64,000 nucleotides of DNA, from assembly GCA_043228905.1 (NCBI GenBank), contig JBHGNT010000004.1:5270001-5334000 (forward strand), read 5' to 3'. Below are positions 43,474 to 55,700 of the stretch, piece by piece (positions within the stretch are counted from its first letter, which is position 1; each line of letters begins with the position of its first letter). This stretch comes from Azolla caroliniana. Its lineage: Eukaryota; Plantae; Polypodiophyta. The notes beneath the pieces were generated by a model. The model worked only from the letters and a program-made list of their open reading frames with translations, was not told where the DNA came from and ran no database searches. A program made the translations under genes and the position numbers.

Positions 43474-44643
43474 ATGGCCACCGTTAGCGCTGAAGAGTAT
43501 CAATCCGTTTTCTCGGAATTTCAATGCTTGAAAGAGAAGTTTCATGCTTTGGAACAAGAAAATCAACGCTTGTTGGGGGATCTTCAGCAAATTTCCTTAG
43601 AAAAGCAGCAAACGCAACAACAGCATGGGGAACTTGCGTTACGCGTGCAACAACTCGAAGCAACCATCGTAGCAATGCAACAACAAGGGCACGGAGCACA
43701 AGGGATTCATAAAGAACCCAAGATTGGCCTTCCCACGAAGTTCGATGGAACGCGATCGCAGTTTAGAGGGTTTCTTAACCAGGTACGGTTAGTTATTCAA
43801 ATGCATCCGTCCCGATATCCCACCGATGCATCACGAGTGGGTTTAGTAGGCACGTTGTTAAATGGCTCAGCATTAGCATGGTTCGCTCCGCTACTAGAAA
43901 AGGAATCTCCAGTACTAAATAATTTTGAAGAATTCATAAGTGAGTTTAAAGCATGTTTTGGAGATACTGACAGCATAAGGACTGCAATCAACAAAATCCG
44001 GCGATTACGCCAAGGTGACCGTCCAGCCTCCGCATATGCTGCAGATTTCCGCCTACTCGCCGCCGATATCCCCTGGGATGATCAAGCATTGATGGAGCAG
44101 TTCCGCTATGGTCTACGCAACGATGTCAAGGATTTACTCTTGACTTTCCCTGAAGAGCCAAAATCATTAACAGAAGCAATCAGTCGAGCGGTCAGATGTG
44201 ACAACCGCCTCTTCGAGCGACGTTCGGAACGACAATTTCAGATGCCGAGGGCAAGATCCGAGCCTACCTATGCCTCAGTGGTAGCGAAACCTTTTCAAAG
44301 GGAGTCATATAATGCGCCTCCAGTAAGTACTCCAACTCCAATGGAAATTGACACTACACGTCGTCGTGGGCCGCTATCGGAGGAGGAAAAGCAACGACGC
44401 CGAACAAACCGATTATGCCTTTATTGCGGTGGACCAGGGCATATCGCGATAAACTGTCCCCATAGACCAAGAAGGCAGGTAAACCAAGTCATTGTTAGTT
44501 CTGACTATACTAAACCCGAGTCTATTTCAGTAGGAATCTCTGATAATCCTCATAGTCATAATAGTCCTAATAGTACTAATAGTCCGAATCTCGCAAACAA
44601 ATTTGATGTCCTTAGCCAATTAGAAGAAGAGTTAAACGACTAA
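43474..44643 (+). CDS. Element G Gag
   Basis: 389-aa ORF: coiled coil, PTKFDG capsid-like region, CLYCGGPGHIAINC knuckle. Confidence 0.92.
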   Translation: MATVSAEEYQSVFSEFQCLKEKFHALEQENQRLLGDLQQISLEKQQTQQQHGELALRVQQLEATIVAMQQQGHGAQGIHKEPKIGLPTKFDGTRSQFRGFLNQVRLVIQMHPSRYPTDASRVGLVGTLLNGSALAWFAPLLEKESPVLNNFEEFISEFKACFGDTDSIRTAINKIRRLRQGDRPASAYAADFRLLAADIPWDDQALMEQFRYGLRNDVKDLLLTFPEEPKSLTEAISRAVRCDNRLFERRSERQFQMPRARSEPTYASVVAKPFQRESYNAPPVSTPTPMEIDTTRRRGPLSEEEKQRRRTNRLCLYCGGPGHIAINCPHRPRRQVNQVIVSSDYTKPESISVGISDNPHSHNSPNSTNSPNLANKFDVLSQLEEELND

Positions 44644-47600
44644 GTCCAGCCAAAATAGGAGCCGTTTGGTTGGACAGCCCTAGATCTGTGCAGCCCATTA
44701 GTGGTTCCATTCCCTCTAAGCAAGTTAGTGATGTGTTCGTAGTCCAAGTAGCAGTTAGTACTAAAAGTACCCCTCCAGTACATACCTTAGCCCTTCTAGA
44801 TTCCGGAGCTAATTCTTGCTTCATGGATAGGAATTTTGCCCGAGCTCATCAGATATCTCTCAGAAAGCTCCCATGTCCAGCCTCAGTAGTAGTCATTGAT
44901 GGTCGTCCCATTGCTTCTGGTAATATCATAGAAGAGTCGGAACCCGTTAATATTGTCCTAGATAACTTAACATGTGTAGTATCATTTAATATTATTAGTA
45001 TTCCAGAACATCCCATAGTTTTAGGATTACCATGGTTCGAGTTACATGACCCAGACATAGATTGGAGGACAAGGGAAATCCGGTTGCGACAAACCCAAGG
45101 ATCTACCCAGAAGGTTGCAACCATTTCGCTACGTCAGTTGCGTGAGGAAGGGCGCAAGGAGGAAATGTTTCTCTTTGCAATATCAGTACAACCCTCCAGC
45201 ACCACCAAAGAGGAGTCCACCGTTCAACTTCCCGAGAAGTATCGTCAGTATGCTGATGTGTTCGATAAAGTACAAGCCAACACACTTCCTCATCATCGGC
45301 CGTACGACTGCGCCATCGACTTACAACCGGGAAAAGAGCCGCCATGGGGGCCGATCTACAATTTGTCACCAACCGAGCTAGAAGTCCTTCGAGCCTATAT
45401 AGAGGAGAATTTGGAGAACGGTTTCATTCGGCATCGAAATCTCCAGCCGGCGCACCCATTTTCTTCGTCAAGAAAAAAGATGGCTCGCTTCGACTCGTTG
45501 TAGATTACCGTGGCTTGAATAAGGTCACAGTAAGAAATAGGTATGCTCTTCCCCTTATCTCAAGTCTTTTAGAACGGATCAACGGTGCCAGGTTCTTCAC
45601 GAAGATCGACTTACGAGGAGCCTATAACCTCGTACGGATCCGACCAGGAGATGAATGGAAGACCGCGTTTCGCACCAGATATGGGCACTTCGAGTATACG
45701 GTCATGCCGTTCGGACTCACTAATGCGCCGGCAGTCTTCCAGCACATGGCGAATGATATATTTCGAGATCTCTTGGATGATTTTTTGATCATCTATTTGG
45801 ATGATCTACTGGTTTATTCAAAGACCCAAGAAGAACATGATTCTCATGTACTATTAGTACTAAAACGACTTCGAGAACATGGTCTGTATGCAAAGTTAGA
45901 GAAATGTAGTTTCGGGTGCAACCAAGTGGAGTTTCTCGGCTATGTCATCTCCTCAGAAGGCATATCTATGGACCCAGCCAAGGTCAAAACGGTGATAGAA
46001 TGGCACACTCCGCGTTCGGTGCGGGATGTGCAATGCTTCCTAGGCTTTGCAAATTTCTACCGGAAGTTCATACAAAATTACTCAAAAATTGTGCTGCCTC
46101 TCACACAGCTCACCAGGAAGGGACAATCATTCATTTGGTCTAAAGAGACGGACATGGCTTTCGAGAGTCTTAAGAAGGCGTTTACATCAGCTCCAATTTT
46201 AGGTCATGTGGATCCGGAAAAACCATTCATTATCGAAGCTGATGCATCGGATTTCGCATTGGGGAGCATTCTGTCACAACAGGGTAACGACGAGAAGCTA
46301 CATCCTGTGGCTTTCCACTCCCGTAAGTTTGACGCCGCCGAAATCAACTACGAAATTCATGATAAAGAGCTATTAGCAATAGTTGATTCTTTTATGCAAT
46401 GGAGGCATTTCCTGGAGGGATCTCCTCATCAGGTCACTGTATTCAGTGACCACAAGAACCTTGCCTACTTTCAAGATGCTCGTGTACTGAATCGACGTCA
46501 AGCTCGGTGGGCCCACTTCCTCACACGCTTCGACTTCAAAATTACATATCGTCCGGGGAAGCACCAAGGGAAGGCAGATGCATTATCACGGCGTTCGTAT
46601 CTAACACCACGTCCCGGTGAGCCAGCTTTCGATAACCAGAAGCAAGTAATCTTGGGTCCAGCACGACTGCAAGCAGCACAGATCTTTGACATGCCCGTGG
46701 ATTCCGACATTACCAATACTATACGTGAGGACTTGAAGACTGACGCTTTCGCCCAAGCTATACTAGCACAAATTGACCCCTCTCGAGCGTCATGTTCACA
46801 ATCACAATCACCAGGTACGGATTATCGGCAATTCAAATACTGTGATGGATTACTCTTCTTTAAAGAACTTTTGTATGTTCCTAATGGTTCTTGCCGCCTT
46901 CGAGTAGTACAAAACTGCCATGACACATATACAGCAGGACATTTTGGTAGTACTAAAACATTAGATTTAGTACAACGATCATTCTGGTGGCCCCGTATGC
47001 GACAATTTGTCGAAGATTTTGTTCGGACTTGCGATACATGCTGCAGAGCGAAAATGCCAAGACATCATCCATATGGTTTATTAGAACCATTACCAATTCC
47101 AAGCAAGCCATGGCAATCCATTGCTCTTGACTTCATTACAGATCTTCCAGTCTCTAAGGGATTCAGTGCGATTCTCACAGTGGTGGATCGATATACGAAG
47201 ATGGCTCATTTCTTACCATGTACTAAAGAAATATCTAGTGAAGACACCGCCGAAATTGTCATGCGGGAAGTATGTCGGCATCATGGACTCCCTGATAATA
47301 TCATCAGCGATCGTGGACCCCAGTTTGTGTCAAAATTCTGGAAGCACCTTTTTAAAATGCTGAAGGTCACTTGTAACCTCTCCTCCGGCTACCACCCACA
47401 AACCGACGGTCAAGCCGAACGAACAAATCAAACACTGGAGCAGTATCTGCGGTGCTTTCTCAACTATCATCAGAATGACTGGGCAGATATTCTTCAGTTC
47501 GCCGAATTTGCCTATAATAACGCTATCCACGCATCGACTAAAGTCACGCCATTCTACGCTTATACCGGATATCATCCCCGGTGGTGTGTCCTTGAAACCC

Positions 47601-48226
47601 CAGAAGTGTCCACAAATCCTTGCGCGGAGGATCGTTTGGAGCGGTTACGCAAGATACAAGCGGATTTATCTACTCAACTCCAGCAAGCTCAACAATCACA
47701 CAAGGACTACGCAGATCGTCATCGACTTCCATCCAGTTTTAACATTGGAGATCGGGTGTGGCTGCTACGACGACACATCAAGACTACTCGCCCATGTGAG
47801 AAGTTGGATTATCGACGATTAGGTCCTTTCCGTATTATCGGGAAGATTAATGATGTCGCTTTTCGTCTCGAGCTACCTCCGCAACTTCGGATACACCCGG
47901 TGTTTCATAGTTCTCTCCTCGAACCCTATCACGAGAGCACTATCCCAGGACGTACTATACAACCTCCACCTCCTATCGAGCTCGAAGATGGACCTGAGTA
48001 TGAGGTCGCTGCCATCCTCGATTCCAAGATTGTTCGCAACAAGCTCTACTATCTAGTCGATTGGCTAGGATATAGTCCCAGCGAGCGTACTTGGGAACCG
48101 ATCGAGAATGTGACCAATGCTCGTGCTCTTCTAGAAGACTTCCATCGACGATATCCCGAGAAACCGGGTCCTCAATCCAAAACGACTCGTGAAACTCGTC
48201 GTTTTAAAGGGGGGATAGTGTCATAA
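44631..48226 (+). CDS. Element G Pol (PR-RT-RH-INT-chromodomain), -1 frame relative to gag, with a 1-nt deletion near 45436
   Basis: LLDSGAN, YLDD, EADASD, HDTYTAGH...CDTC, SDRGPQF, RLGPF, chromodomain EYEVAAILDS...YLVDWLGYSPSERTWEP. Confidence 0.9.
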
Positions 48227-48508
48227 CTAGACTCGAACCCATAACCTTTTGTTACACGGGTCGAGACTTTACCATTAGGTTATGAGTTGTAATTTGAAGG
48301 ATATTATTTTCATTTAGGTTTTATTAGGAAATTGATGTATATTCCAGATTTCTCTGGAACATTCTAGAAACTTCAGGAGTATTCCTGAAGACACTATAAA
48401 AGGAGGCGCAAGGCATTAGTTCGAACCAAATCGGTTCAACGCCAGTCTTAAGCCTTCTAACTACTGTTGTATATCTTCCGTCATATAATACATATATCTT
48501 TCGCATCA

Positions 48509-48544
<36 letters not shown>

Positions 48545-48682
48545 ACTCATTCCTTCTCTCAAAGTTCGACACCTCTCATAGTACTAATCCTTCTCTGTCT
48601 TAGTACTATTCCCCAACAATAGTACTAATCCTTCTTTTAGTACTAATTCCTTCTCTGCCTTAATAGAGTTCCTGACAATGGT

Positions 48683-51600
48683 GTTGAACTCACAGAACTA
48701 CGCCGACTGGAAGATAAAGATGGAAGACCTTCTCATCGTCCGAGACCTGTACGAACCGATCGACAATGCCGAGATACCCAAGGGGGTAATAGAGTCGGAG
48801 TGGAAGCTCCTGAACCGAAAAGCCGTAGCAACGATCCGGCAATATGTCGATGTAAGTGTCCTGCAACATGTGGCGAACGATACGAACGCCTATGAGATGT
48901 GGAAGAAGCTGTCGGGCCTCTATGAGAGGAAGAATGCGTTGAACCGGACCTCCCTGATGAGGAAGATAGTGAACCTCAAGTACCGGGACGGCGAGAATAT
49001 GGTGGAACACGTGAGCACGTTCATGGGATTCGTGAACCAGCTTGCGGCGATCAAGTTCCCGTTGGAGGATGCAATGCAAGCCATCATTCTGATGTGTACA
49101 TTGCTGGAAAGCTGGGAGAACTTGGTGGTGACTCTCAGCACCTCCTGCACCGAAGATAACTTGTCCCTACAAACGGTAAAGACAAGTATTTTGAACGAAG
49201 AAGCGCGTCGGAGAGATAAAGAACCGGCCTCCGACTCGAAGGCGCTGCTTACCGAATCGGAACGGGGAAGACAATGGAACCGGAGTCCGCAAAGACGGGA
49301 GAAGTCGGGGACCCGGTCGCAGTCAAGAGGAAGACCCACATGCTTCCACTGTGGGAAGCCGGGGCACTTCCGGAAGAATTGTCGGCATTACCGAAAAGAC
49401 AACGGAGCCGACGACACCGATTCGAAGAAGTCACCGGAGAGAAACGGTGCATACCGGGGAGCCACGGACCGGAGAGGTCCGGATCGGCGAGGGCAGGACC
49501 GGAAAGGAACGACGGCACTCGCGGCAAGTGAAGAAGAGATAATGCTCATTACCGAAGAGTGGGAGCTGAACCTTGCCGGTGAAGAGATGACCTGGGTGGT
49601 CGATTCCGGAGCGTCGTTCCACCTGACCCCGGAGAAGAAATACTTCTCATCCTACACAGCCGGTGAGCACGGCTGTGTCCGGATGGGAAATGAAGGCACA
49701 TGCCGGATTGCCGGCATAGGAGACGTGTGGCTGTTGACATCAACCGGATGCAAGATGCTGTTGAAGGATGTGCGACACGTTCCGGAGGTCCGATTGAACC
49801 TGATCTCGGCCGGGAGGCTAGATGATGAAGGCTACACGGGTAGCATCCGTAACGGTGTCATGAAGTTCAGCAAGGGGAGCCTGATAGTGGCTCGGGCCCG
49901 GAAGGTCAACACACTGTACCTGATGAACTCCCGGCTATGTCCGGAAGAGCTGAATGTGGCAGCCGACACTGCCGGTGAGCTGTGGCACAAAAGACTGTGC
50001 CACATGAGTGAGAAGGGGATGAAGAGGTTTGCAGAAGACAACCTTATTCCAGTGAAGCATGTGCACCTGGAAAAGTGCACCGATTGCCTGGCCGGTAAGC
50101 AGAACCGAACCTCTTTCCACTCAAGGCCACCGACGAGACGTAGCGCACCATTGGAGTTGGTGCACACCGATGTGTGTCAGGTAGAAACGAAGTCACATGG
50201 CGGAGCCTAGTACTTCGTAACATTCATAGATGATCATAGCCGAAGACTGTGGACGGCACCGATGAAGACAAAGGACCAAGTGTTGTCCGTCTTCAAAGAA
50301 CTCCACGCGAGAGTGGAAAGAGAATCCGGCAAGAAGCTGAAAGCAATACGAGCGGATAACGGAGGGGAATACCGGGGGCAGTTCCAGGAGTACTGTCGCT
50401 CGAAGGGAATCCGGCTCGAGTTTACTGTGCCGAAGACGCCGGAACTAAACGGGCTGGCCGAGAGGATGAACCGGACCATAATGGAGAGGGTCCGGAGTAT
50501 GCTGGCGCATGCGAAATTACCCAAGGGGTTTTGGGCTGAGGCAATGTCGACGGCGACATACGTGATAAACAGATCACCCTCAGTACCTTTGGACGGAGAC
50601 ACGCCGCAGAAAGTGTGGACCGGTAAGGAAGTGTCCTACCGGCATCTGAAAGTGTTCGGGTGTCTCGCATACGTGCATGTGGCAAAGGACCGGAGAGGAA
50701 AGCTAGATCCAAAGACCCGGCCATGCATATTCCTCGGATACGGCGACGACGAGTTCGGCTACCGAGTATGGGACCCGGTCGACAAGAAGATATTCAGGAG
50801 TCGAGACATCATCTTCATGGAGGACAAGACACTCGCCGACTGGGAGTCGGAGAAGAAGATGAAGAGCTCCAAGTCGACCGGTGAGGATCAACTCTACGAG
50901 GAGCAGTCCCGACCGGCAAGGGACCGGTTAACACTCGAGGATCCGGCCGAAGACTATGAAGAAACAGAACCGGCCGAAGAAGATGAAAATGATACCGGAA
51001 CCGGCCCTGATCCCGAAATGGATTCGGATGAAGAAGAATCGGAAGAACCGGCTACCGAAGCTCCGGAACGGAGATATCCTCTAAGAGAGAGAAGGGCCCC
51101 CCGGAGATTTCCGGAACCAGAGCACGTGCTGCTAACCGACGAGGGGGAGCCGGAGAGCTTTGAAGAAGCAAAGCATGACACCCAGAGCCACAGGTGGTTG
51201 AGTGCCATGCAGGACGAGATGGATTCCCTGCATGAGAACCACACATATGAACTTGTGGAGTTGCCGAAAGGAAAGCGGGCACTTCGAAACAAGTGGGTGT
51301 TCAAGCTGAAACCGGGAGATGCCGGAAATCCCCCGAGATACAAAGCCAGGATCGTGGTGAAGGGATTTCAGCAGAAGAAGGGCGTCGACTTCGACGAGAT
51401 ATTCGCCCCGGTAGTGAAGATGACCTCCATCCGGACGGTGCTGAGCATAGCGGCAAGCATGGACCTCGAGGTAGAACAGATGGACGTGAAGACGGCATTC
51501 CTTCACGGTGACCTCGAAGAAGAGATCTACATGCAGCAACCGGAAGGATTCGAGAAGAAAGGGAAGGAGCACCTGGTATGCCGGTTGAAGAAGAGCCTTT

Positions 51601-52718
51601 ACGGACTGAAGCAGGCTCCCCGGCAATGGTACCGGAAGTTCGACTCCTTCATGACCGACGAAGGGTACCACAAAACGCAGTCTGATCACTGCGTGTTTGT
51701 GAAGAAGTTCGAAGGAGGAGACTCTCTAATACTCCTCCTGTACGTGGACGACATGTTGATCGTCGGACGGGACCAGGTCAAGATACGGGCGCTGAAGAAA
51801 GCGCTTCACCGAACCTTCTCAATGAAGGACCTGGGTCCGGCGAGGCAAATACTAGGGATGCACATCATCCGGGACCGAAAGAAGAAGCAGTTGTGGCTGT
51901 CACAGGAGAAGTACGTGACAAAGGTGCTTCAACGGTTCAACATGTCGGAAGCAAGACCGGTCGGATCGACCCTCCCGGCAAACTGCAAGCTGACCAGCAA
52001 GCAAAGTCCCAAGACAAAGGCTGAAAAGGAGGATATGATGGAAGTGCCGTATGCCTCAGCCGTCGGGAGCTTGATGTACGCCATGGTGTGTACGAGACCG
52101 GACATAGGATATGCAGTCGGAGTGGTGAGCCGGTACATGAGCAATCCCGGCAGAGAGCATTGGAACGCGACCAAGTGGATACTCCGATACCTGAAGGGCA
52201 CGGCAAACGTGTGCCTCCGATTCGGCTCCGGTAAGCCCGAACTCGACGGCTTTACTGATTCTGATATGTCGGCTGATGCAGATACCAGCCGGTCCACATC
52301 AGGGTATGTGATGACGTATGCAGGGGGAGCTGTTTCGTGGCAGTCGAGGCTGCAGAAGACGGTTGCGTTGTCAACCACGGAGGCGGAGTACATGGCGGCT
52401 GTTGAAGCCGGCAAGGAAATAATATGGATGAAGGACTTCATTAGAGAGCTCGGTATCCGGCAAGAGGAGTACCGACTCTACTGCGACAGTCAGAGTGCCA
52501 TCCACCTTGCGAAGAACGCGGCCTATCACTCCCGGACGAAGCACATCCAGCGAAGATATCACTGGATCCGGGAAAGGATAGAAGACAAGGAGTTCGTGCT
52601 GACGAAGATCCACACGGACGAGAACGGGTCGGATATGCTGACCAAGGTACTTACACCCGACAAGCTGGAAGCATGCCGGAAGAGGATCGGATTGGAGAGA
52701 CATCCCATGCCGAAGTGA
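48683..52718 (+). CDS. Copia E gag-pol polyprotein (start codon at 42887, before the G insertion; one in-frame TAG at 50208-50210)
   Basis: CFHCGKPGHFRKNC, WVVDSGASFH, VHTDVC, YKARIVVKGF, LLLYVDDML, RNase H YCDSQSAI. Confidence 0.9.
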
Positions 52719-55700
52719 AGGGGGAGTTTGTTGGGATTTACGGTCCCTCCGGATGGGATGTCCGGATACGAATGACGGCAAGCCCGGTTGCGGTTACGGA
52801 ACCGGAGGATGAAGGGTACCCGGCATGAAGCCGGATGAAGACCCGGCTACGGAGCCGGATGACGAAGACCCGGCTACGGAGCCGGATGATGAATGTACCC
52901 GGAGAGAGATCCGGATGCGGGGACATATTTGTGAATATGTTTGCCAAGGGCCCTTGAGGCTATATTTGTAAATAGCCCGAAAGTCATATGTGTATAAATA
53001 TGACTTAGGGCAAACAGTTTAGATGTTGCTGCTCATTTTCTGTTTTCCACGAAGAGGGAGCGAAGTGAGAGCAGCCGAGAGAGTGTGAGAGAGAAGGAGG
53101 AAGGAAGAGGTCGACGCCTCTGTGTAATACCGCCGCCTGTGGCGAGGACAGCGAGCTCAAGGTCGTCGCCTTGCAGCTCGCCATTGTACATTCCCACGTA
53201 TAGTGATAGTTGGAGTCTTGCACTCCCGTGGTTTTTCCCATTTAGGGTTTTCCACGTAAAACTTCCAGTGTGTACTCTTCTCTATTGTTTTTCGTGCACT
53301 GTTGTATTTCCCGTTTTCTGTGAATCGATCCTGTTCCTCGGTTGTGGCCGAGCGCGGAATTTCTACATAGAATACTCTAAATATCTTGTAATAACTAATA
53401 ATACATTTATAATAACTATATATTATATATGTTAGTATAATGGTTAAAGGTTTAACATATAGACCAAGACGTCTTGGGCTCGAATCCTTGTAAGGCCAAA
53501 ATTTATGTCGTCATGACAGACGTCGTGTTGTCTCGATTCCCATTGGAGTAGGGCCTTCCACCACACTTGAATTTGATACTTGGGGTGGAGTTGCAACCTT
53601 CGAAGCATATGTTTCTGTTGGTCGGAAGCGTAACATTTGTTGGCGCTCAGAATGCCGCTCAACTAATCGAGACAACACGACGTCGAGGATCATTATCGGA
53701 TGCTGAAAAGCAACAACGGCGAGCGATTCATCTATGCCTCTATTGTGGTGGTCTAGGGCATATTGTTGTGAATTGTCCACATAAACCACGACGACAAGTT
53801 AACCAAGTAAGTGCTCATGACAATCCCATCTCAATTTCTGCCCCGCCTTCTCGTAACCCAAGTAGGCCTAGTAGTCCCTATCATAAAAATACATTTGATG
53901 TCTTGAGCCAATTAGATGATGTGTTAAACGAGCAAGTCCGGCCAAAATTAGAGCCATTTGGTTGGATAGCCCTAGGCATGTAACGTCCGTCCCTAGTTGT
54001 GGTTCCATTTCATCCGGTCAAGTTAGGCGAGTTTTCTATGCACAAGTTGAGCTTAACACATCTAGGTGCCATCGAGTCCCAGCTTCTGCCCTCTTAGACT
54101 CTGGAGCCAACTCTTGTTTCATGGATCACGAGTTTGCTGTAATGCATAATATTCAGTTGCATAAGCTCCCAAACCCAGTGTCAGTCGGAGTCATTGATGG
54201 ACGCCCCATAGCATCAGGTGATATAGTTGAAGAGTCTGAACCAATTCATGTAGTCCTAGGCAATTTGGCTAGTGTCATCTCATTCAACATCATTAGTAGT
54301 CGAGAGCACTCCCTAGTTCTTGGTCTTCCATGGTTTGAGCTACATAACCCACCTATTGATTGGAGAAAAAGAACCATTGAAGAGGCCACAATACATTCTG
54401 AGCCTCTTAAAACTCCAACAAAGGATATGACATTCCAAAAGATTTCGACAATCTCTATACATCAATTACATGAGGAAGGACGAAAGGAAGACATGTTGGT
54501 GTTCGCAGTTTTAGCAACTCCCACATCGAGCTCACAAGAATCGGGGGTCCAACTACCGAAGAAATATATAGAATTCTCCGATATTTTTGATAAGGTGAAG
54601 GCCAATAGACTACCAGAGCATCGACCATATGATTGCCCGATTGATTTGCAGCCCGGAAAAGAGCCTCCATGGGGGCCAATTTATAACCTTTCACCCACGG
54701 AGTTAGAGGTTCTTCGGGAATATATCGATGACAACTTGGTGAATGGGTTTATCTAGCATTCAAGATCTCTTGTCGGCGCACCCATATTTTTCGTTAAGAA
54801 GAAAGATGGTTGGCTTCGTCTGGTCGTGGATTATCGAGGATTGAATAAAGTAACTATTCAAAACCGATATGCTCTACCATTGATTTCGAGCCTTCTGGAA
54901 CGCCTCAATGGAGCTAAGTATTTCACAAAGTTAGATCTTCGAGGTGCTTACAATCTTGTTCTAATTCGTCCTGGGGATGAATGGAAGACTGCTTTTCGTA
55001 CTCGCTATGGCCATTTTGAGAATACAGTGATGCCATTTGGTCTCACGAATGCACCAGTAGTTTTCCAACATATGGCGAATGACATTTTTCGAGATTTCCT
55101 CGATATTTTCGTCATAATTTACGTAGATGATATCTTGATCTACTAAAAAACTCACGAGGATCATGATATACACGTTCGACAAGCTTTGGAACGGTTGAGT
55201 GAATATGGTCTCTATGCAAAATTGGAGAAGTGCAGTTTTGACCGGCGTCAAGTGGAATTTTTGGGGTACATAGTCTCTTCACATGACATCTCTATGGATC
55301 CAACAAAGGTTCAAACCGTTTTGGATTGGCAAACACCACAGTCTGTGCGAGATGTACAATTTTTTTTAGGGTTCACAAACTTTTATCCCAAGTTCATCAA
55401 AGATTATTCAAAGATCGTATTGCCCCTCACTCAACTGACACAGAAGAATCGACCATTTGTGTGGAGTATAAATGCAAACTTTGCATTTGAAGGATTAAAG
55501 CAAGCATTTACATCTGCACCAATTTTGATGCATGTTGATCCATTGAAGCGCTTTATACTGGAAGCTGATGCATCCGACTTCGCACTAGGAAGCGTATTAT
55601 CCTAGATTAGCAATGATGGCCAACTGCACCCTGTGGCTTTTCATTCACGGAAATTCGAAGCTGCAGAAATTAACTATGAGATTCACGACAAAGAGCTTCT

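Larger units (their letters stand above)
42925..48677 (+). mobile_element. Tcn1-like chromovirus G (youngest, near intact); LTRs 42925-43385 and 48219-48677
   Basis: LTRs appear identical except for one CT unit; TSD ATGGT; self-priming PBS 43388-43399; PPT 48206-48218. Confidence 0.97.
42217..53367 (+). mobile_element. Ty1/Copia element E (Tnt1/Tork-like, young); 639-bp LTRs 42217-42855 and 52729-53367
   Basis: Near-identical LTRs (one substitution seen), TSD TAGAA, iMet PBS 42859-70, PPT AAGGGGGAG before 52729. Confidence 0.96.

Noticed and set aside
50208-50210. Programmed stop-codon readthrough in Copia E
   Set aside because: The TAG lies inside the integrase core, not at a gag/pol boundary; it is most simply a nonsense mutation.
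53433-53498. Functional tRNA gene
   Set aside because: A/B boxes are present, but there is no convincing acceptor stem or cloverleaf, and it lies inside an LTR. Reported only as a tRNA-like module.
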